Assembly (NCBI GenBank): GCA_965637545.1
Contig: OZ281495.1
Coordinates: forward strand, 14,136,001 to 14,200,000
Direction of reading: 5' to 3'
Length of the DNA stretch: 64,000 nt
From: Phallusia mammillata
Lineage: Eukaryota
In this document: positions 23,201-35,874 of the stretch, piece after piece
Layout of the letters: every line of letters starts with the position of its first letter
How positions within the stretch are numbered: position 1 is the stretch's first letter
The notes under the pieces: generated by a model
The model's database searches: none
What the model saw: only the letters and a program-made list of their open reading frames with translations
What the model was told of the DNA's origin: nothing
Program-made: the position numbers and the translations under genes

Positions 23201-25545
23201 TATCTTCAAAAGTTATATGAGTATATTTTTGTAAACAAACTAGTTTTTTGCTCCTTAGCCGGTTAATGTCAGTCAGCACAAGTTATATGTAGGCCAAATA
23301 TAAATTGTTCTAAATCATGAGGAGATCATCTTTAATCTTGGCGCTGCTCATGTGTTTTGTTGCAATATGTTTGGGTGAGAAGAAGATCACGCTAGGTGGA
23401 ATGTCAGCACCAAAAACTGGGCGGGAAATGATTTTAGAACATTTTCTGCACAAGACAAAACCAGAGTTGAACTACGATGATTTGTCAAAAGAACGTTTTC
23501 TGAAAGTAAGAAGTTTCTTGAAGAACACGGAATCGCCTGGAAAGGATATAGACAGCTTTCTCGCAACGCTTAAACGGTAAACACACTCGCATGACCATGC
23601 TTTACATTGTCACTTGGTAAACACAGTTTGTGATTAACATTGCACGTAAAGTGAAATAAGAGGTAATGTTTCATCAAATGTAATATAAAAAGAACGCATC
23701 TCGTCCATCTGGAAGTAGGATAGGATGAAAATATTTTCATGTAAACTTTAACTTGTAATTAGGCTATAAACCAGCAGTTCACACCACAGAGGTGAAAAGG
23801 TTATCCTTGTTAATGTGTCATTGAACCAGAAGATTTGTTTGGATAAGAATAGTTCACAGGGCCACGAGAGACGTCCAATCCAACGCCAAGAGAAATGGAG
23901 AAAGAGTTACAGAAAACCTCAACCAATGCATGCAAACAATGGACCGGATTATTGAGGATGCAAAACGTTTGAAACTTTATGCTTCAAAGAGTAAGTTTTA
24001 AATTGTCAAAACCAGTGGAAATTAAGGCACTGTTTCTTTTCAGTGTTTGATTCTTGGGCGGTGCCTGAAAGTGGAATCTTGGAGGGCAATGTGCGATGGA
24101 CTGGACATTTTAAAGAATGTCGAACAGCTAGAAACCAAACAATCCAGGGTAGATGGTGCATCAGCTATTTCGGCTTCAGATACGAGGTATACTTAAGATT
24201 CAATTAAAAAAGTGAATAAGGCTCATATTGCACGCTTTCAGCCGATGCCACAAGGTTATCCAATCGACATCACTTTAGCCTCCTGTTTTCCTGACATTTG
24301 CTCGGAGGAATCAATCCAAATAATTCTTGAGCAGTTTTACAACGAATCTCCTTTTCTTCAGCACGTAATGTGTCCACCAACTAAACAGGAGCCGCTTACG
24401 GCAGCTTCCATAACTGGCATGTAAGTCGATGTTGATGCCGATTTTATTCTGTAGAATAAGGGCGTTTGTTTTCAACTTTTTTGACTTGTAGAGTAAGTGA
24501 CTGTGCAAACTGACATGGATTTTTTTTAATCTGCCTTGAACGGCTTTACTATTTCCGACAATATTTTCTCGTTATGTCGAAAATGCGCAATTAAATAGCA
24601 AGTTTGTTTTTTTCTAGCCGAGTTGCCAATCATCGGCTTTCAATTGAACGTTATGCAACTTAACACTGCTCGTGCAACTTTTACAGAGCTTTTGCGGCGT
24701 TCATTCTGTACTTAGTCGCGATGGGCACCGCCATTGATGTTACTTTAAGAGTTAAAAAGAAACCCAATTCTGAAGACACGAAGCAAAAGCCAAAAGCAAT
24801 CGGAGGTTTATGACATTTAACTTCAGTTACATCGTTTGTCTAACATTAAAAGTAAATAAAACAGATAGCAACCTGATCGTAACATACTGCAACACATAAC
24901 TGTTCAATAAACATGCATTCGAATTTCGAATAACATTAATAAATGTGTACTTATTTCAGTGCAAATCATACTATGCTTCTCAGCTGTTTCAAACGGCGAA
25001 AAAATTCTCGACATGACGAAGCGTCCAGGAACAATCCCATCGCTGGATGGCATTCGGGTCTTCAGTATGACCTGGGTAGCCTTGGGACACGCATACTCAG
25101 TTGCACTTTTTGCTCTTGGTGAGTGCGTTTTATGTTGCAGTTAAGCTTCTATTCAACTTTGTGTCTTGGATACCCAAAGCAAACTGGTTCAATACAAAAA
25201 AGGCTTTGTACAACAAAACAATAAACTCGCCAGTTATTTAGACAACGCATCGGAAGTTGGAAGGCTTGTTAAAAGCAATGCAGCAATGATGGCAGTTATA
25301 GGTGCCATTTACGCTGTCGACACTTTCTTTTTCCTCAGCGGTCTACTGGTTGCTTACCTCGGAATAAAACACCTGAATAAGACGAAAGGGCGCATCAATA
25401 TACCGCTTATGTACTTGCAACGTTATCTCAGGTTGGCTCAGTTGCTATATTTGCTCAAAAGAAAAATATTTATGCAGTCAGTTGTAAGTTATTCTTGCAC
25501 GACGTCGAAACGTCGGAATAAAAAATACTTTTGCCAGAAGAACTC
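20296..25545 (+). repeat. Direct tandem duplication, unit 2,625 bp (20296-22920 and 22921-25545)
   Basis: Constant 2,625 offset of identical ORFs (20692/23317, 21587/24212, 22334/24959, 22541/25166); no differences seen in spot checks; 3-bp tgt microhomology at the junction. Confidence 0.97.
20692..22806 (+). pseudogene. NRF-6-like paralog D1: 3'-truncated copy (exons 1-7 only) created by the tandem duplication
   Basis: Exons 20692-20951, 21235-21365, 21419-21561, 21617-21795, 22062-22180, 22335-22493, 22617-22806; after intron 7 begins, the sequence returns to the upstream region at 22921. Confidence 0.8.
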
Positions 25546-28500
25546 TGTAAACTTCAAACATATAACTTAGACAATTTTTGTCTGCAAGATATTTCTATGA
25601 AGAAACACAAAATCCCTTTGTTTGTTTAAAACAAATTTTCCGGATTTTTGCTAGCTTAGAAATCAAACTTTTTCAATAGATTGACTCCTGCTTATGCCTT
25701 TGGCATTCTTTTTTCTGTCGGTTTGTATCGTTATTGTGGTTCTGGACCATACTGGACTGAAGTAACTGACAGAGTTCGTGAGTTGTGTATAGACATTTGG
25801 TGGACAAACCTGCTTTACATTAACAACTTTTATCCATCTATCAACTATGTGAGTGCTTTAAATATCTGGTAAATATACTGCCCTAATTAGCTGCTCTATT
25901 ATTGCAAAACTGGTTTTTCAATTCGGTGCCTGTTGTTGGAAATGGTAGAGCCGGACCTTTTATTATAAACTCTAAAAAATCAATAAGCTTTAAAGCAGTG
26001 GTTCTCAACAGGGGATCCGCGGACCCCCAGGGGTCCGCAAAGCGTTTACAGGGGGTCCGCGACAACTTCCTGATTTTGCAGACAACGATATTGATAAATC
26101 GCTATTTAAAAAATATGTCTCAGCGTTTTAAAATAGCATGAAACTTGTTTAAAATCGTTCTTCATACGCGACAAACCAAAATGCATTGTGACATTATAAC
26201 CCCATTGTGATGTAACAGAGGTAAATTTTCAGTGGCAAACAACGTCACGTCATAATGTAATGGCTTTTTATTATTGAGTTCCGATGTCGTAGCCCAGTCA
26301 AAGTGATTGGATTTTTGGTCCTGGACCAAACGTGGTTGGTATATTCTGCACCATTTTTGGGTTGCTTAATAAAAAAAGGACAAAAAATACCAAAACCTTC
26401 AAAGGGGTCCGCGATTAGCTTGACAGTACCAAAAGGGGTCCGCAAAGGCAAAAAGGTTGAGAACCACTGCTTTAAAGGCTTGGATTAGGTGCCTTCAATG
26501 CTAGTTTACCAAACATAATAATTTGACAGAGAGTCTTAAGAAATAAACTGGCAAACCGTGTCGATTATGTTTTTTTTTCCTTACAGTGTTTTCCTGTCTC
26601 ATGGTATCTGGCAAACGACATGCAGTTTTACATCCTTTCGCCAATCTTTCTTTTGTTCTTCTACAGGTAATACACTCAATATAAATAGACGAATAAGCTC
26701 CATACGGGAACAATAAACACAACCATTTGCAATTTTAACTAAAAACGCAAAAATTCTCGTGCATTTAAAATAAAAGATTGAGTGAACATTATACCTCTCC
26801 CTTCCAATGAATTTCTGATTTGGTTGTTATTATTAATTGTTTAAACAGGTCAAAGATAGTAGGCAGCTTGCTGATTGGATTCATTTGTATCGGATCAGTG
26901 TTGACCACAGGTCTTATCACTTACTTTAACGAACTTCAGCCGATTGCAGTTCTGTTTTCCTTTCAGTCCTCTGTGTAAGTTTACCTATATCATCTTTAAA
27001 AGCTATACTTGTTTATGTGCACACTTGATTAAAAAAATAATAATACGAAAATTTGAGTACGAGTGCTGATCAGGGTGCTTGTGGCAGTTAATCTGATTAA
27101 TACACGACCCTCTAGCGTCACCACGTGTCAGGTCTATCAGATCTATTAAGTCAATTGTTTCGCAGGTTCTTTCGTTTTTTTATCAACACGAGTGTCCCGG
27201 CAGAACTCTCCTACACAGATAAGTTCCAAACGGACACATACAACACACCGTGGTGTCGCATTTGCGTTTACTTGATCGGAATGGCGACGGGTCTTCTCAT
27301 CTACGAGACAAAAGGAAAAATAAAAATGCATTCGGTACAAAAAATCAGAATGATATATTGCTATGGGTGTAAGCGAAACAAAATGTGGCTTGAAAGCCCC
27401 TTAACGACAAATCTTACTGTCAGCAACCACAATTTTTTTACCATATTAAACTTTTGTATCTAAATTAAACGGGTTACATATTTTGTGACCAAAGTAACTT
27501 GGTTTATTCACAGCTAGTCGCGTTGATGGGCTGGATCTTATCGGGGGCCGTTGCCCTGTGCCATTGTATACAGCTTGTTTCCACAAGTTCATGATACTGA
27601 CTTTTTAAGTGGTAACCTCTCAACCTTCTATGAAACCATGGCACGACCCATGTGGGCTCTCTGTATGGCGTGGCTGACTGTCGCTTGCATAAGTGGATAC
27701 GGTGGTAAGCATATTTTTTACTTTATTTTTGCAACAAAACTGAAACAACAGTCAGCATATTCAGTCTAAATATCAAATGTTGTTTTAACATTTTTCCTTG
27801 ATATGTACGGAAATTGGAAAGTATTTTGACGGTCGTGATTGTCTGCAACTTATGCTTTTGTGACGTGTATATACGCCTGTTGCAGTTACTAAATTGCGTG
27901 GAACCAGCAAGATATTTTAACGTCCTGATTATATACGCCTGTTGCTGTTGTTAAATCCATTTATATCCAAACGACATGTGTTGTCTAATTAGGCCCAGTT
28001 GCTTCCTTCCTTGATTGGTCCGCGTTCAAACCACTCAGCCGTCTCACATACTCGGTATTCCTGACTCATTTTTATGTATATATGTGGTTCTTTGCCGTGC
28101 AAGAAAAACCTTTTCATCTGTCTAACGTCAATGTCGTCTATTACTACTTAGGTAAGAAGTTTATTTAAGAACTTTTGAAAAGACCATAAAACAACAACGT
28201 ATTATGCCAACCATGTGAAACAGAGATTTTCCATTGCCTAGTTTTTGCCTATTGAGTGGAAATTTTACAAACGTTTTGTCACTTGTATTGAATTATTGCT
28301 CCCTTTAGGTTCATCCAACAACATTTTATTTTTCATTAAATGCAAGTCTAATCTAACGTATTTTGTTTATTAGGTACGCTTGTTCTATCCTTTGGAATTG
28401 GTTTTGTGTTGTCAATCTGTATTGAATGGCCGATGATGGGTTTGGTAAAATTGGCCTTTCCAGGCGAGAAACCGAAACCCTTAAAAGAGAAAAGCAACGG

Positions 28501-28651
28501 GTACACATACCAGAAAGCAAAACCTGTCATGCAAACTCACGTGGAAAGAGGCAATGTCGATGTTGTGAATAATGAAATTACCCAGTGCGTAGAACATATA
28601 AATGGCGGTTTTGTGCCTGAGAATCAAGTTACAGAACAAACAGCACTGTAA
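23317..28651 (+). CDS. nrf-6: NRF-6-like acyltransferase-3 gene, paralog D2 (14 exons; +1 frameshift in exon 12, so pseudogene or sequencing error)
   Basis: Exons about 23317-23576, 23860-23990, 24044-24186, 24242-24420, 24687-24805, 24960-25118, 25242-25431, 25680-25848, 26587-26666, 26849-26974, 27166-27334, 27514-27704, 27993-28151, 28374-28651. Exon 12 is 191 nt vs 190 nt in B and C (gccctgt vs gcctgt). Confidence 0.8.
25996..26469. mobile_element. hAT-type MITE (474 bp) in intron 8 of paralog D2
   Basis: Perfect 14-bp TIR cagtggttctcaac / gttgagaaccactg; perfect 8-bp TSD ctttaaag; repeated ggggtccgc subterminal motifs. Confidence 0.92.
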
Positions 28652-29679
28652 ATTCTGGAAAAAAAATTAGTTTTCGCTGAGTTATTAATTTAAATAAGTT
28701 CTGTTTGGTTTGCTTGACAAACATTATCATTTATACATATTATTACAATTGTATTTCAATCGCAATACATGGCCCGTTTGATGTGTTAAGTCTCGAACCA
28801 ATCACACTTTCCCTGGTGTCTATAATTATCGCAGATTATCCCAGAGTTTCCATAAGTTGAAAATGTAACAGCATACTTCTTTTACGGAGTAAAAATAAAT
28901 CTATAAAGTACCCACAAGTTAATAGTGAAAACTATACATGAGTTTTAGCACAATTTTCTTTAATCAAGGTTTCCGCAACGTTGTATGTTTAACAACCTCG
29001 TCGCTTGATAGGCACTTTCTTGCTTTAACTTGAGTAATGTTTAATAAACCTCATTTCTGTCCACACTGAATCACATTTCTGTTCACACATCATTGTTTGT
29101 TTATTGTGCAATACTGCAATGTGTTATGACTTTTAATTTGTTAAGTAAAAGCTCATTTCGACAAGGGTGTTTAAATTTACTCAGTTTGGGTTCCAACAAA
29201 CATAGTTTTTGTATCTAACGGCAATAAACTGTTTTTTTTTCCAAATCACCTTCTACACCAGCGGTTGCTAAACAAGTGGCAGCCATTTCTTTGCGGTCCG
29301 CAGAGCGGTTTTTAGGGCCTCCAAAAGCTTAGAGCAGTGGTTTTCAACGTTTCATAGTTAGTGCCTCCTCAGGTAACTCTTAAAATCCGTTACCCCTGCT
29401 ATTCAACAAGAACCATAAACTTGCTATATACAGTTATACACTATACTACACACCATGTTTTGTTTTTTTCTTGTGCACTTTGTTTAAGTAATTCCAATAA
29501 AGCCCTCACACGTTATTCAGTCAAAGAAAAGCGTGTTTTGAAGTCAAAATAAAGGTATTTTAAAACAAGTATTTATAACGTAGGAAAACATTTGCAGGTC
29601 CGCGCTGAGTAAAATGATATTTATTGTGAAAGCTTATTGCCCCAGTTACATAAAGTATATATGCATGGGTGACAGTATA

Positions 29680-29745
29680 AGTGGTGACGTATCGCTGCAC
29701 CATAGCCAATGACGCCACGTTGCTTGTCACATAACCAATAGTAGC
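29680..29745 (+). promoter_or_regulatory. Promoter-like motif cluster (two CCAAT boxes plus bZIP-type cores)
   Basis: tgacgt 29685, agccaatga 29704-29712, gccacgt 29714-29720, aaccaatag 29733-29741; CCAAT boxes 29 bp apart. Target transcript unknown. Confidence 0.35.
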
Positions 29746-31316
29746 ACACAAACGTTAGCTCTGTTAAAACGCAAGCAAGAGATTTATGACGCGACTTTAT
29801 GTACAACGACAGGATTTTATTTTATTCCTGTCTCAATATATAAGACCATTGTGCATGTTAACAGAGTAGAAATAAACGAAAACGTACGCCAGTTTGACAA
29901 AAGCAGATGGAGATTCTGTTAAACAGTCCTCAAACGGAAATGCTTAGCCGCACAGGTTTTTGAAACAAAAGGTACCACACAATAGCTGCATGATTTGTTC
30001 TATTCACACGAACGTAGAAACAAGCGCATTGTGTGCAACAGCTGTCAGGATTGAAAAACAAGTGCTATACGTTTGTAAGAGGGCTGTAAATTGTAACATA
30101 ACATTTTGTCAGTGTTTTTGTGGGCAAAGTAAAACCTAAAGAATTTGTTTTACGTACAGCAAACCCTGTTTTGGATAACCTTCTGGAGTGAGATGTAGTG
30201 AGGTTTTGTTCGTACTTACTGCTGAAATAATCCTTATTCTGATGTATTAAAGTTTATCTTGGCCCTTTACCGTCTAAGCTGCTGATTTACTGGGCTCAGT
30301 CTGATAAAGAAGCGGCATTTTAAGGTTAGCATTAAAATTAGTTTGTTCAATTCTTGTGGAGAATTGCTCTGTTAAACAACGCATGCGAATATATAGCGAG
30401 AATAGTAATGACAACGTAATAGTACTGCGTCGCTCTAGCGTACATGTGAGCGTGTGCAGATGGGTTATGTTGACACACGAAACTCCCAAACTTTATTTTA
30501 GTTCCAAGGTTATACATTGGCAACACTTAGCATATCGATCATTCAAATAATAGCAATCGTAACGTGACAAAATATTAAATGTAATTGCAGCCTACAGCAA
30601 AACGTTTCATGACAACAATCATGTCAACATGTTGTACTGCAAAGTCTTTGCATCAGTCTGGGTTGTTAAAAATTAAACCGATCGTACCAACAACAAAACG
30701 AAATCGAACTTATTTCGTCAAGTTCGACTTCAAAACCGAAAATAACATTTTCAGCACAACCACCAACTGAACTGAACTTTGTACTCATGTTCGTTATTGC
30801 TGATAGAATAAAAATAGTAAATATATTTCATGTTCCTATAAGTCAGAGTCATACTTAATTTTGGTCTTTAAACTGACATAAAATATTTACTTGGTTTAGA
30901 ACTGAACGGGTTTGCTGACTGCCCTCAACGTCTTGTCACTGTTACCTTGAACAATAAAGCCTTGTTCTCTGAGAGGATCTCGAATGCTGTTCATGTCCAA
31001 CTGCTCTTGTCGGGACGGTCAATATTTGTTCTGTTCGCACAGCTTGGCCCACAGCTCAGTGGAATCAAAGTCTTGCTGTGGTAGTACGTGTAAGCTGTTT
31101 CTGACCAACGCGGTTTAGCTTATATAAGAAGAATGGTCAAAGAACCACATTGTAGACGATTTAAATGGTACGGCTGATTTAATGCCAGGACAACATTCTT
31201 ATGCGAGTATGAACATTGCGATGATTATTGATTAGGTTAAAACATCAAGTAAAAAAACATAGTGTGACAGAATGTTGCTCGAATATTAGACTCAAACTTT
31301 GTTGTAGGCAGTACGG

Positions 31317-31793
31317 CAGGGGTGGCCAAACTTTTTTACCAGAGGGCCAAATTTGCAACTGTCTTGCCACTGGAGGGCCGGATTCAATGAGATTTACGTA
31401 AAATTTGTCGTAACTGGTTGCCATCTTTATTAAAATGTATATTATTGTAGTAGAATAACAATAAATAGCACCATCTTGTTTACACTTGTATTTAATAAAA
31501 GGTTTATATATCAATGAGATAAATGCAACTGTCCACAATTTTGAACAAGCCTTTCAAAGTCTGGAGTAAAACTCGTGGCAGACTGTTCTAAAAATAACGC
31601 TGCAAGGGCATTTATTCTAAAAATAACAACGCTTGCCACAAGCTACTGCTAGTAGCAGCCAGCGCTGTTGCATTGCTTGTTCACAGTGGTAAATATGGTG
31701 CTTGGAAAAAAACCAGGCAAGGTGTTTGGCGGGCCGGATGAAACAGGACTGGGGGCCGGATGCGGCCCGCGGGCCATAGTTTGGCCACCACTG
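31317..31793. mobile_element. hAT-type MITE (477 bp) about 220 bp upstream of the WSCD-like start codon
   Basis: TIRs caggggtggccaaact / agtttggccaccactg (1 mismatch); perfect 8-bp TSD cagtacgg; subterminal ggccgg..gcggcccgcgggcc. Confidence 0.92.
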
Positions 31794-32016
31794 CAGTACG
31801 GCTACCATGAGCTACAGTTTTAACTTTCGAGCAGTGGTTTTAGATGGTTTAGTTTTGTTCTGTTTCTAATCGATAGCACTCAGGTTTTTGCATCACAGTT
31901 GAAAGGCATTTAAAATGTAAAATCGACCCCAGAAATTTATGTGACGCACAATATTTTTTTTGCAGAAACGAACCAGGAGCCGAAAACCTCTAGCTAGTTT
32001 TGTGTTTGCAAATGCA

Positions 32017-35000
32017 ATGGTCTTGATAAGGCTAAAACGGTTAAGTAAACGTCTGATTGTATCCATTGTAATCGCCCTAGCAGTTGTACACACAATACGG
32101 ATTGTTCTAACTTCTCCTAATCATGATTATGACGAAAATGTTGAGATTCCATTGAAAAGGTAAGCGGCTTTTACATTTGAGACAAGCAATACCGAACAAG
32201 CTATGGCATAATGTATGACCTGTGATGCAATATTTGGAGCTATTTGGGGGTTTGCTTTAAAGCAACTGAAATTAAACACCTCTTAACAATACTATTTCAG
32301 AACAATGTGATTAGAAAATCAACCTTGTTTGTTCCAATTTGTAGGTTACCGCCACACGACCAACTGAATATGTTGAGGTTTAAGACAGTGGCTAAGAAAT
32401 ATATTTGATTGACGTTACATTAAAACTGCATATACCGATGGAAATTCATTTCCCTCGAACAAATTACCAACCCTCACTAGGGCGAAGCGATATTCGAGAT
32501 TTACAATGTCGCTTCTACAAATATTTATTGTCATTGGGTCTGGTAAACAGAGGATACACATTTCACAGCTTCTTTCTCATAGTGTTAAGGAAGACCGGAA
32601 TATGGCAGCGTTTGTAGAACCCGAAGTTGTTGAGAAGGTTAAACAGCCAACGTCATCGCAATCTATCTTTTGTGAAAGTAAGTTGACATTTTAAAGTAGA
32701 TTATCAACACTGTTGATGACAACAGTAATTGTTAAAACGTCTGTAGATTGTATTCTGCTAACACTTCAGCAGTATTTTTTATCAGATTACATTATCCATA
32801 AATGCAGAATTCAATGTTGTAAATACCTTACCAAATTTGGACATTTAGTTAAATCACTAAAACGGTTTAATGGTTTACAGCTACTGATCTTGGTTGCTTT
32901 AAACCGGCGGCTACGAACGGGCACATGACTCACAATGACATGACACTTACGTGGTGCGCAAACTATTGCTTCAAACGGTGAGACTATGAAAGAACTGTTG
33001 ATTTTCTGACGTTCAATTATAAACCCTTTTGTGTTGTGTCATGTTTAGAAACAAACAATACGCTGGAATTACGCAAGCAATAAAGTGCGTATGTGGCGAC
33101 AGAGCCAATCAACTTGTTGACCTTACATTAGATGGAAAATGTAATGTTCCATGCCCAGGAGATGAAAAGGAAAATTGTGGTGGATCTGACAGTATAAGAG
33201 CGTACAGATTGAAAGGGCAGTGTGTAAACGGTAAGCACGTGCTCTTACATAAGAGCTTAAAGAGGTCAGTATGTAAACAGGTTTGGATTTTTTTGTTATA
33301 GGGCAGAGACAGCAAATCTCACTACAGGGTACTATAACACGCGTTAAATTATCTTATAATTAGTATCATTCCAATGTTATGTTAAACAGACAAAATCGAC
33401 AACATTTGTTGTTGTTTGTCTAGAATGTTAAGCCTTTTGCAACATCGGTGATGTGACTCAACCTTTTACCGTGTTTGCCAGTTTCGCCCTTTACTTATTT
33501 GCACTATGTGCGTTTAACCCTTGTGATTCTTTTGTCTTCTTTTGCTGCCATTGCCAGTTAAGATCGGATTCTTCCACTGAGTTTTGAAAGCAATTTAAAG
33601 TCAAACTGCACCATTCGTATGTTTGTGCAGAAAAATGCGATGTTTGAAAGTAATTTCTTCTTAAAATTTTCCTGTTTGATTTAGACTTGATTTTTTACCT
33701 TCATCATCCACTGAAAGTGGGAAGTGCAAACTCATGACAAAAATCAATGCATTTTTAGACTCGTTCACCGATGATTTTGCCGAGACACGGTGGAGGGGGT
33801 GTTTTTCTGCACCAAGACCCGATGCTGCCTTCAGATTCTTCTCCATGGCAATCACCACTTCCCAATGCCTGCTGACATGTGAACGCTCGTATTACCCGAT
33901 TGCTGTAGTGGCTGATAGTGGAAGTTCATGTAGATGCGGACATATGACAGCAAGGTATGATCTGACCCCTACTGACAACACAACTAGCGTTTGTTTTGGG
34001 GTGCTATGTAAACTTGCCCAAAAAGGGTTTGTATGAAGAGTTGTAGGCACCCGATGAGTAACGATTCGCAAACAAAGTAATTCAACTTTTTTGTGATAGT
34101 TTATGGGACCAACCAAACCAACAGTTACTTACAGACTTTTGTTGCTTACAGATTTAACCTTACCCAAAGGCTCAAAGACTGTGATGCAGTTGGAGCTGTT
34201 AAAGTTTATCGGACAATGGTGGAAGATTCGAGATGCGGCAACATCCATCTTCTTCCACCAGGATCTTACTCGAAAACTCTTCTCGCTTCCTACCCTGGTT
34301 CGGGCAATACCTGGACAAGATATCTGCTTGAAAAAGCAACTGGGATTTACACTGGAAGCGTGTTTTCGGATAGCAATTTATACCGAGATGGTAGGAAAAT
34401 TCATAATCATATAGTGGCAAATTATATTTTCAATCAATCAATTGTCTTCTGTTTAATTTGAACTGCAATAAACAGTTTATCATTACCTTGGAAGTGTGGG
34501 TGTAAAGCATACCCCAAAGCACGTGGTGGAGCAAGAGATTCATTTCAGTAACCATTGTCACATTTTGCTGGGAAGTAATTTCGTATAAAAGTGACCAAAT
34601 GACATTTAATATGACATCCAACCCTAAAAGTCCATAATAGTGCTTCAGTTTTTTTAGTATGAAGCCCTCATAAAAAGCGATAAACACAATGATCACGCAA
34701 GTACAAAACTTGTACACCAACAATAGCTTGTTTGGTGGGAAAATATATCTGATGGATCGGACCAATACATTGTTTTTTGACAGGTTTGCTTGGTGAGATG
34801 CACAGTGCAAGAGGTGAGTTTATTAAAAATCATCTTTTTGGAAACGGTCGCCCGGGTGAATCGCGAGTTGTGGTGGTGATACGAAATCCTTATCGTGCTC
34901 TGCTCGCTTATCTTAACTACTTATATTCCGGAGGCTTCCATACTGGCTCACTGCCGCAAGATTTTTTTCTACAACCTAAATATGGTAAGTTACAACACCT

Positions 35001-35874
35001 TTCAAAACTTTTACACAGAACAAATATTTCTGGCAAGTGTGAACTTATTTTGTGTACCCAGTTTCATTTTCAAATCTTGTGTTTTGTGGCATTTGACTTT
35101 TTGTCACTGGCTTATTATGTTACTTCGTATTTTAAATACGGTATAAAATATCAGTCACCATATACCAGCAAACAATCAAAGCAAATCAAAAACTGTGGAC
35201 AAGTTTCCCTTATAACACTTCTACCGAAACCAAATAGTTGATTTTCTTTATTCCTAGCCCTTAGAATCAGTGAATAAAAATGTTTTACTATAGCGCAGTG
35301 CTTATTGCATAACGTTAAAGGATGGTGTGGTATTATTTTGTTGTTAACGGCTTCCTACTCTGAAATGACTTCCTACCCTGATTTCTGCCAGTGTCCCGCC
35401 TGATTTGTGCTTGCTCAAGGTAAACAAACCGTTACGGTTGATGGGAACCGTACCACCCTCGAGGGCACCAAACACTCAGTTGTTTTTGCAGCTATTACTC
35501 AACAGTCTATTCGTGAACCTATTCGTCACTGGAAAGCAGTTCCTACGCAGGTGATTAAGAGCGGTAAACCCTATCTCATCATTTACTTTGAAGACATCGT
35601 GAGCGACCCGATCGGCAGCGTTCGGGAAATGGTCAACTTTGCATCTAACCCTCTGCTGCGCCCTAGCGACTTAGAGAGCCGGCTCGCTTGCTTGAGCCAA
35701 GAAACAACTGGCCAGTTTAAACGCAAGTCGAAGAAATTTCCGTTTAATCCCTTTAAGCCCGAAGTGGCTCAGATGCTTAATACTGCGATTGTTGAAGTTA
35801 GGCAAATGCTGAAAAACGCTGGGGTTAAAAAAGAGCTGCCCCCTTACGAATATGATCCCGATTACGCAAGATAG
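32017..35874 (+). CDS. WSCD: WSC-domain-containing sulfotransferase (WSCD1/WSCD2-like), type II membrane protein
   Basis: Exon 32017-32159 gives a basic tail plus TM anchor ([16 protein letters not shown]). WSC domain 1 in 32881-32977 and 33049-33231 (LGCF...[10 protein letters not shown]...CVCG...[15 protein letters not shown]). WSC domain 2 in 33759-33954 (WRGCF...CLLTC...CRCG). Sulfotransferase in 34152-34390 ([28 protein letters not shown], 5'-PSB), 34784-34984 ([14 protein letters not shown], 3'-PB) and 35492-35874 (FEDIVSDP). Small exons at ~32345-32377 and ~32481-32541 are phase-compatible but uncertain. Confidence 0.9.

Noticed and set aside
29259-29352. TIR-like starts cagcggttgctaaac and cagtggttttcaac (also an end aggttaagaaccactg at ~38190)
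   Set aside because: No matching opposite end or TSD found; at most old fragments.
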